A stretch of 31,771 nt of DNA, taken from contig NW_021832150.1 of NCBI RefSeq assembly GCF_006345805.1, forward strand, positions 1 to 31,771, given 5' to 3'. Each line of letters starts with the position of its first letter. Position 1 is the first letter of the stretch. This document shows, one piece after another, positions 23,514 through 31,771 of the stretch. The translations under genes were made by a program, and so were the position numbers. The stretch comes from Octopus sinensis. Taxonomy: Eukaryota. A model generated the notes under the pieces. The model was not told the DNA's origin, did not search any database, and saw nothing but the letters and a program-made list of their open reading frames with translations.

Positions 23514-24020
23514 AGTGGCCGTGTTGTAAGTACCTTGCTTACCAACCACATGGTTCTGGGTTCAGTCCCATTGCGTGGAACTTTGAGCAAGTGTCTTCTA
23601 CTATAGTCTAGGCGTAGGAGTGGCTGTGTGGTAAGTACATTGCTTACCAACCACATGGTTCCGAGTTCAGTCCCACTGCGTGGCACTTTGGGTAAGTGTC
23701 TTCTACTATAGCCTCGGGCCGACCAAAGCCTCATAAGTGGATTTGGTAGACGGAAACTGAAAGTAGCCCGTCGTACATACGTATATATGTATGTATGTGT
23801 GAGTGTATATGTTTGTGTGTCTGTGTTTGTCTCCCTAACATCTCTTGACAACCGATGCTGGTGTGTTTACGTCCCGGTAACTTAGCGGTTCGACAAAAGA
23901 GACCGATAAAATAAGTACTAGGTTTACAAAGAATAAGTCCTGGGGTCGATTTGCTCGACTAAATGCGGTGTTCCAGCATGGACACAGTCAAATGAATGAA
24001 ACAGATAAGAGTAAAAGAGA
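23514..24020 (+). mobile_element. Family 1 SINE (23611-24020) preceded by a duplicated 5' segment (23514-23610)
   Basis: Box A/B and CAAGTGTCTTCTACTATAG occur twice; full body and tail GCGGTGTTCCAGCATGGACACAGTCAAATG present. Confidence 0.92.
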
Positions 24021-24244
24021 TGTGTACGTAAGTGCGTGAGAGAGAGAGAGTTTGTGTGTGTATTATACAATACAGATATATATATTGACATATATTACAT
24101 ATATGTGGAAGTATTTATGTATGTATGATCTCTTTTCACCTAGAACGAGGACTCAGAGTCAGAATAGAATAAAGCGTCAATGCCTCGGACAAAGAAATTC
24201 TTCTAATAGTCTCGGGTAAATTTACTTGTTTGAATTCCAATCAC

Positions 24245-24468
24245 ATAAAAACACACACATATAGACTCACACACACATATATACATACACACATATATAA
24301 ATACATATATACATACATGTTTATACATATATATATACAAACATATATAAATATATACATACTTATATATATATATACATATATATACAAACATATATGA
24401 ATATATACATACATATATATGCATAAATATAAATACACAATATATATAAATATATACATACATTTACG

Positions 24469-24511
<43 letters not shown>

Positions 24512-24560
24512 GTATGTATGTATATACTTATGTATGTATATCTATGAATATTTATGTATA
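24245..24560. repeat. Degenerate (CA)/(TA)/(TATG) microsatellite
   Basis: Direct reading. Confidence 0.85.
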
Positions 24561-25854
24561 AATTATCTGCACATCACTTGTAAAAATACGGATCAATGCA
24601 CAAGAAAATTAACTAAATGTAAATATATTTATTTCAGTAAATAAGCATTGCCTTATTTTATGATGTAGTATGTAGTTCCTGTTATTTTGAAATACTATCT
24701 GATATATATAAATTTATATATTTGTGTGAGTGTCGGGGTAGGGAGTGACAGGTGTTTCTGTCTATGTGTATTGACCATGGAAGAAAATGTGTGTAGAAGA
24801 AAATACTAGAATGCCTCCACCAGTATTCTATCTGATATATATTCCTGCAACATGAAGCGTTAACGCAGAGCAGATTTGAGTAGTAGATTCATTATTTAAA
24901 TAATATTAATAATAATAATTATTATTATTATCATTATTATTATTATTATTATCTTTACTACAGCAACCACTACTACTAATATAATTATTATTATTATTGT
25001 TATCACTATTATTGGACACGGAAAAATAGAAATGCAAAATTATTTGGTTTAATGCTCCATTATCTTTAATGTGCGTACAATTATCGCTAAACAGTTCTTT
25101 CATTTATTAGATAAATATCTTCCCCAGAAAACCATGGCTATAAAACTTTTAATAGGAGTATTGTTAAATTAAGCTTTAGTTGTACACATATTAAAAGGCT
25201 AAGACGACTACCTACATTGAATTCTTCTCGTTTGTTCAATTGTTTTAACCCCATACAATGCCCATTAAATAATTTGTCGTTCAAAGACGATCGTTTCTCG
25301 TGCAAAAGTATTTTTAGCTAATGATTCCCTTTTCAACGATTAAGTCCGCTTCACTGAAAATTATTTTAAGTTAAGATTTAATCAGCATAAATTTACTTTT
25401 ATAAATCCTAAAAGATCTAACAAGAATTTTCACAATATATTTGTTTCCTAAATAATTTTTTTTTTTAAATATGAACCTATAAAATCGTTTCTAAGATATT
25501 TGAATGCGACAAATCATCACAGGTGAATGATAATTCTGATATTATATTTCTGAAAAAATGTATATCTTTTTCCATACAAATTATGGCTTAAATATTCCTT
25601 GTTCATTTGCCGCCATAAATCGAAATTTCTGTTATGGTTATTTCAAAATGCCTGAAAGATTGAACACGGGACAACCTTCTTCTGAAGCAGTTAATACTTG
25701 AAACAACTCAAGAAGTTTTGTATTCTCAGTTTGTCACTCACATTAAACCCGTTGCGCATATTTTCTTACTATTATTAATACAGAAACCTGAGAGGAAACT
25801 TGGAGTTACGGTCTGTATAGCTTTGGTTAAATAAAAATGTTATTACATTACCAT

Positions 25855-26155
25855 AGAGACGCAATGGCCCGGTGGTTAGGGCAGCAGATCGCGGTTGTAG
25901 GATCGCTGTTTCGATTCCCAGACCAGGCGCTGTGAATGTTTATTGAGCGAAAACACCTAAAACCTCCACGAGGCTCCGACAGAGGGTGGTGGCGATCCCC
26001 GCTGTACTCTTTCGCCACAACTTTCTCTCATTCTTTCTTCTGTTAGCCAGCTCGCTTAGCCAGCGGGGTGGCGTCAGTTGAAGGCTAAAACAATGCGAAG
26101 TGCATTGTGTAGCAACATCTGATAGCTTGGTCGGTAACGGTATCATAACGGTATC
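25855..26155 (+). mobile_element. Family 3 SINE (head A + different tail Y) with 11-bp TSD
   Basis: First ~185 bp match the reverse complement of 2365-2548. TSD ATTACATTACC at 25842-25852 and 26156-26166. Ends in duplicated TAACGGTATCA. Confidence 0.88.
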
Positions 26156-26389
26156 ATTACATTACCTTACTTCATTATATTGAGATCAACGGGAAAATAA
26201 GTGTTCATATACATATGTGCGCGTGCGTGTGCGCATGCGCGTGTGTGTATGTGTGTGTGCGTGAAGTAAAAGCAAACCTAGTGTAATAAATATTATTATT
26301 CGACTTCCAAATATTTAAAGATACCGGCGACGTAAGACTTTCTATACTCCGCAACGCCATTGCAGCCACCGGAAAATACACAAAGCGCG

Positions 26390-26473
<84 letters not shown>

Positions 26474-26749
26474 TAATGGGGCTAATAAATGAATATTAAT
26501 TTAATTCGCATCAATTTAAAACCAGTAGCCTAGCATATAGAAAAATCTGAAAATTCAGAAAAATTGTAATACATGCGTATAATAAGGGATGACCACTAAG
26601 TGGACATCCAATATGCTAGAAGAAGATCATCTACGATCTAACTAAATAGAAAATTGGAGTATATATACGCCATGAAATCGGGAAGACGGCCTTTATGAGT
26701 CGGTATGGCTTGCGAAGGTAACTTTACCATTTACTATATTAATTATCTT

Positions 26750-27315
26750 CAAGTACCAAAAGTCGTACTTCCTCTCCAAAGTCAATAGTAATTTGGTTAT
26801 CACATTCGGCAGGGAACGGATAATAGATAAGAATCGCAGTCTGGACACTCTTGCCCTCCAAGTTAGAAGCACCGAGAGATTAGAACACAAGATGTGGGTA
26901 TGCGTCAGACGAAGTCATTTTAAACAGACCCCTCACATCTATGCCATTTGGTGCTATAGACCTTTGTCCACTGTTCTATACCAAATTCTTTCAGACTGTA
27001 AGCCCTAAGTCTGACACTAGAGTGTCAGAATCCTCCTGATTTAGACAAGTTCTTTGATGATTTAGACATGTTCTTTGATACGAACTAACTTTTGTGATTT
27101 TTGTGATATTTTCTTGATCAAAGTGACAGATAACTCTTGGTTTGATATTTCCATGGGGGATTTATGTCGGAGCGAAGGTGGTTGTTCTCCTGAATAGTTT
27201 TTTCCGTGATACCTACACAAAGCCCACTACCATTATATTTCCGGATTGTACAGAGATGACGGTTTAGCAAACTTACATAATACAAAAGGCTGCTATACTA
27301 ATAAAGGAAGGGCGT
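26750..27315 (+). pseudogene. Decayed Penelope-like element reverse transcriptase fragment (YRDD type)
   Basis: 27114-27158 LIKVTDNSWFDISMG, shifted YVGAKV (27163), and 27243-27269 GLYRDDGLA match the FDVTMGxYDGAEV...GLYRDDGL motifs of PLE RTs. Stops and frameshifts present; the 5' limit is uncertain. Confidence 0.7.
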
Positions 27316-27372
27316 AATAGGAATAAGGGTTTAGCTTAAACACAACTGTGCGTATGTATCTCTCTCTCTCTC

Positions 27373-27418
<46 letters not shown>

Positions 27419-27477
27419 GGTGGTGCCCAGCATGCTGTGTCAAATGAAATGACTGAAGCAAGTAAGTGATAAAAGAT
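27419..27477 (+). mobile_element. Isolated family 1-type SINE/LINE 3' tail
   Basis: GGTGGTGCCCAGCATG...AAATGACTGAAGCAAGTAAG. Confidence 0.6.
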
Positions 27478-27480
27478 GTA

Positions 27481-27572
27481 TTCTTCCTTCTTTCCTGAGC
27501 GTCCAATAATACTATATTTGTTCCACGTCCTCGCGTTGTTGTGTTTTTTTGTGTTTTCTTGTTTGGATTAAC
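27481..27572 (+). mobile_element. Truncated family A element ending at a TA-rich tract
   Basis: CCTGAGCGTCCAATAATACTATA.TTGTTCCACGTCCTC...GTTTGGATTAAC is the reverse complement of 1138-1232. Confidence 0.85.
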
Positions 27573-27574
27573 TA

Positions 27575-27625
<51 letters not shown>

Positions 27626-27763
27626 CATATGCATTTATATATAGATATATATATATATATATATATACATACATACATACATACATACATACATACATAC
27701 ATACATACATACATGCATACATAAGAGTGAATAAGCAAGGGAAACACGAGTATGTATAAGTAT

Positions 27764-27800
<37 letters not shown>

Positions 27801-28548
27801 GAAATAGATACATAGACAGTGGTAAGGGGTTTCACTGTGGACTTCAAATGCAATCAAATTTAAAATGTATTAAATACCCTGAGAGAGAGTCGAAATATAT
27901 AATTTATTTGAATCTGAATCAGTTTCCATTGCAACTCTGAGTCTTAGGTTCGAGTTCGTCTTGGAATAGAAATTACTCTACTACCGAGAACGAAGATTTC
28001 CTTCTAATGATCCAGGCTGTCGCAGCTTTAAATATATGTTATGTATGCGTGCGTGTATGTAATATATGGACTTATATATAATCATGTATATGTAGGTATT
28101 GCTATTACTTTATATAGAGTGGCTAATAACTCGTTCTCACGAATTATCTACTCAAATGTCTTGCAAACAACTAACGTTTTGTCTTTCTCACTTTACATTC
28201 GGAATTACGTAGGCCAACTGATCGCCCGAGTTTTCTTTTCTGTTTTTTTTTGTTTTTGTTTTGTTCTTTATTCATTCGTTCTTTATTTCTTTTTTTTTTT
28301 TTCGGCTTATGTTGTTTCCATACCGCCACCATCACCATCATCACCACCACTACCACCACAACCAATATCACCACCACCACCACCATCACATCCAATATCA
28401 CCCCCTCACTGTCACCAACACCATCTCCATCAGCACCACCAATACCATTACCTGCACCACAAATATCATTACCACAACCAACACCTGTACCATCGTCACC
28501 ACATTATCATCACTACAACCATCACCACCACCACTACTACTGCTGCTG

Positions 28549-28581
<33 letters not shown>

Positions 28582-28790
28582 TATATAGAATGCCTGACAC
28601 CTAACACTTTCAGACGAACTGGGAGTACACTGAATGTCAGTTAGCTACTTATTGAAGTTAACAGGTTGGTAGGTAGATAGGTAGGTAGGTAGGTAGTTAG
28701 GTAGGTAGGTAGGTAGGTAGGTAGGTAGGTAGGTAGGTAGGTAGGTAGGTAGGTAGGAAGGTAAGAAGGTAGGTAGGAGGATAGATGGAC
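27575..28790. repeat. Microsatellite blocks: (TA)/(CATA)/(GATA) 27575-27800, (CAC/CAT/TAC) 28325-28580, (GGTA) 28665-28790
   Basis: Direct reading; the blocks are separated by unique sequence. Confidence 0.85.
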
Positions 28791-30125
28791 AGGTATGCAA
28801 ATATATAAGTAGTTAGAGGAGGTGGGTAATATGGTAGGTATATGAGTAGATACCTACGTCAAGTTATGTGGAGAGTTAAGTAGGTTTTTGATATATTACC
28901 CTACAGACTACTGTCTTTAACTATTCTAAATTATCCATTAGAGGAACAGAAAACGCGAGTAAGTTAAAAGAAAGCTATGTAAATAATGAGAAAAAAAAAA
29001 CAACACTCTCAGAAGAAAAAAAATTCCATTATCTTCTCCGGTGACGAAAAATAGCTAAACGGAACTCAACGAATATGAACGAAAATTGAACGGAAATGAT
29101 CGGAAAGTAAACGAAAAGCTTTTTAGCGTTTACTTGTTTTTTGGTGGGGAGGGGAAGAGACGTCCATCTGGCTGTAAAATACCTGGCTCTGACGAACCAA
29201 AGCGAGAACAACTATATAGCCACCGAGCATGCTAGAAATAGCAGTCAAATAACCTTTAAGAAATATCTTAATAAATGTCCAGGCAAGATAACTGTAGGCT
29301 TAGATACACCTCGCCTATATGCGATGGTTATGGACAGAACACCTTAGATTAGTGATTAGTAAACTACGGTTTGTGGGACCACCTGAAAGGCACGCATAAC
29401 GAAAAATTATCTTGGATTTCGCTTTTAATAGGGCGGGCCGCCAGATGATAAATCATATCTCATGAGACTCGATTCTCGACTACATATGCCCACGTCTCTT
29501 TCTATAAGTATTTTCATGGCCATTGTTCAGCTGAGCTCTCTTCTCTGGTTTCTCCTTTAAGAACGTATCAGCGAACAACTAGACTTGCATTCAGTTCTCA
29601 TCAGTATACTGTGCAAACTCCTATTCTCTTCCACAGTCTTGTTTTCCTCTTCAATATGACCTCCAGTCTTTTATGTCTAATATACATCGTCACCTATTGA
29701 CTTCTGTCTAGCGTCCATTTTATTCAAGTAGCTCTTACGTTTTCAGTGGTCTAAGAAGGACCTTGTAACGAACGAACGCTTTTTTTTAAAAATACTATCA
29801 TACTTATGCTCCGAGAAGTTTGACTTAGGCTTTAAGAAAAACAACACGAACAAGAAGAACAACAGCAATTACAAGAAAAATCAACTACAGCTACTACATC
29901 TACTTCGACTAATAGTAATCGAAAGCATGATGGAAATAATTATTCAAACTTTTATATAAAGTCCGCCAAAACAAGATATATATTCACACTTCAGGAAAGA
30001 TAAATTTGTATAAATATTTTAATTCAGTGTTATTGCAATTTATTGAATGTAATTACAATTTGGCAAAACATCGGAAGAGGTATTTATATTTATAGGGTTA
30101 CTTATAGAAGTTAGATATTTATATA

Positions 30126-30269
30126 GGTACAGGAGTAGCTGAGTGGTAAGTAGCTTGATTACCAACCACATGGTTCTGGGTTCAGTGTTTTCTACTATAG
30201 CCCTATACCCTCCGGCCGACCGATGACTTGTTACCGGATTTGGTAGACAGAAACTAAAAGAAGCCCGTC

Positions 30270-30270
<1 letters not shown>
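30126..30270 (+). mobile_element. 5' half of a family 1 SINE with internal deletion
   Basis: GGTACAGGAGTAGCTGAGTGGTAAGTAGCTTG...GGGTTCAGT...TGGTAGACAGAAACT.AAAGAAGCCCGTCG. Confidence 0.85.
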
Positions 30271-30325
<55 letters not shown>

Positions 30326-30338
30326 GACGGGCTTCTTT
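30257..30338. repeat. Perfect 82-bp palindrome AAAGAAGCCCGTCG-(TA)27-CGACGGGCTTCTTT
   Basis: Direct reading. Confidence 0.93.
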
Positions 30339-30710
30339 ACCTCGCATGTGTACGTATATTTACATATACCCACATACATGCATATACGCATACCCTCACT
30401 CGTGCGCATACCCGCACGCATGGGTGTGTGCACATACATACGAATATAATCAGATGGTTGTATATGTGAGAAACTAGATAGGGATTAGGAGTTAGAGTGT
30501 AAGTTTATAAGGTTATTGGGATTACATAAGGAGTATTGTGGAAATGAACTGTATGGTCATTCTGCCATTTTGGATTTCTGGTAGAATTTAAATGTGTCAC
30601 AAAAACAGTGGTTGCATGTGCTTAGTGCCTCGTTATGTTTATTAAGCAGTGTTGTGCTTTAATATTTGGAGTGCCTCTTTCAGTCAAGGTTTGCAGGTTC
30701 GAGCGCTCAC

Positions 30711-30748
30711 ATACCGCTAAGCATTTCGCCCGGCGTGCTAACGTTTCT

Positions 30749-30846
<98 letters not shown>

Positions 30847-30960
30847 TAGACAGGCAGAAGACGGACGGACGGACGGACGGACGGATAGGCAAACATTTAG
30901 ATAGACAGACAGGCACATAAATAGACTGACTGACAGACAGACAGATAGATAAACAGATGT
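30711..30960. repeat. Family 2 SINE head fragment (30711-30747, minus) fused to a (GATA)n/(GGAC)n microsatellite
   Basis: ATACCGCTAAGCATTTCGCCCGGCGTGCTAACG matches 16522-16555; tandem tetramers follow. Confidence 0.8.
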
Positions 30961-31594
30961 ATGTATGCATATATGCATGTATGTATGCATGTATATTCCA
31001 TATCTTTATACTTTACATACGCGTAGTATACACCTAGTTTTGTATTTATATCATACATCTCGTCTGCGTCCTATCTTCTGCTTTGCTCTATATTGTATCG
31101 AGGCTTCTGTTCTCTCTATTATTGAAGTTGTAGGCAAGGTGGTTGATGGGGGTCGCGATTACTACAACAATACTGACCCTAATGCTATCACCAGCTACTA
31201 CCACGACAATTACTCCTACTACCAGCACTAATAACATCAATTAGGACAACGCCATAGATGACTGTCGTTCTTGCCACGGCATTCACCCCCATAGTCAACC
31301 AGCTTCACTACCACTGCTGTCAGCCTACAGCCAATCATCACCATCTCAGCACCATTGACCTTAATGTGAACTCTAAGACACTAACTACGCCAGTATTTAG
31401 GGAGCTTTTGCTACTAACACAAGCTTCGGACAAACAGGATCCATGTAAATACAAATTTCTTTGGTGATGTTCCACTGAAGACAGGTCATTGCGCCCGAAA
31501 TATAAAAGTTTTTAGACTTTCTTTATTGTTAGAAGCTCACTTTTTTTTTCTCTCATTTCATTCATTACTCTACTTATATACTCTTTTACACTTT

Positions 31595-31771
31595 TATTTG
31601 TCATTTTGACTGTGGCCATGCTGGAGCACCACTTTTGTAGTCAAAGAATCTGACTCCTGGAATTATTCTTTGTAAGTCTAGTATTTATTCTATCAGCTTC
31701 TTTTTTGCCGAACCGCTAGGTTAAGGGGACGTAAACACACCAACATCGGTTGTCAAGTGATTGTGAAGGCA
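31595..31771 (-). mobile_element. 3' half of a family 1 SINE running off the window
   Basis: Minus strand CTTGACAACCGATGTTGGTGTGTTTACGTCCCC...AGCGGTTCGGCAAAA...GGTGCTCCAGCATGGCCACAGTCAAAATGAC. Confidence 0.88.

Noticed and set aside
27066-27085. Minus-strand RIKEH resembling a GIY-YIG motif
   Set aside because: Bounded by stops, lies in a 21-bp tandem duplication, and is opposite to the RT orientation.
31476-31505. CTGAAGA...GAAATATA hammerhead-like string (similar at 21005-21035)
   Set aside because: Stem I partner missing and stem II poor; at best decayed relics.

Overview
Eukaryotic, AT-rich, repeat-saturated non-coding DNA (intronic or intergenic). It is most likely from an octopus/cephalopod, judged from the tRNA-derived SINE families and the extreme microsatellite density; this is my recognition, not a database result. 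No intact host gene is supported, and nearly all track ORFs are translated microsatellites. Supported content: (i) three tRNA-headed SINE groups in many copies, with TSDs, tandem/nested arrays and head/tail swapping; (ii) a 5'-truncated CR1/L2-group LINE (7945-8972, minus) with one premature stop, whose 3' stem-loop is shared with a SINE family; (iii) a decayed R4/Dong-like REL-endonuclease fragment; (iv) a decayed Penelope-like RT fragment (FDISMG...GLYRDDGLA); (v) a 455-bp non-autonomous Helitron with canonical ends; (vi) a perfect 167-bp inverted repeat and an 82-bp palindrome. The most interesting signal is two related families of ~200-bp elements at (TA)n tracts, six copies in all, four of which retain a minimal hammerhead-ribozyme-like motif with compensatory base changes.
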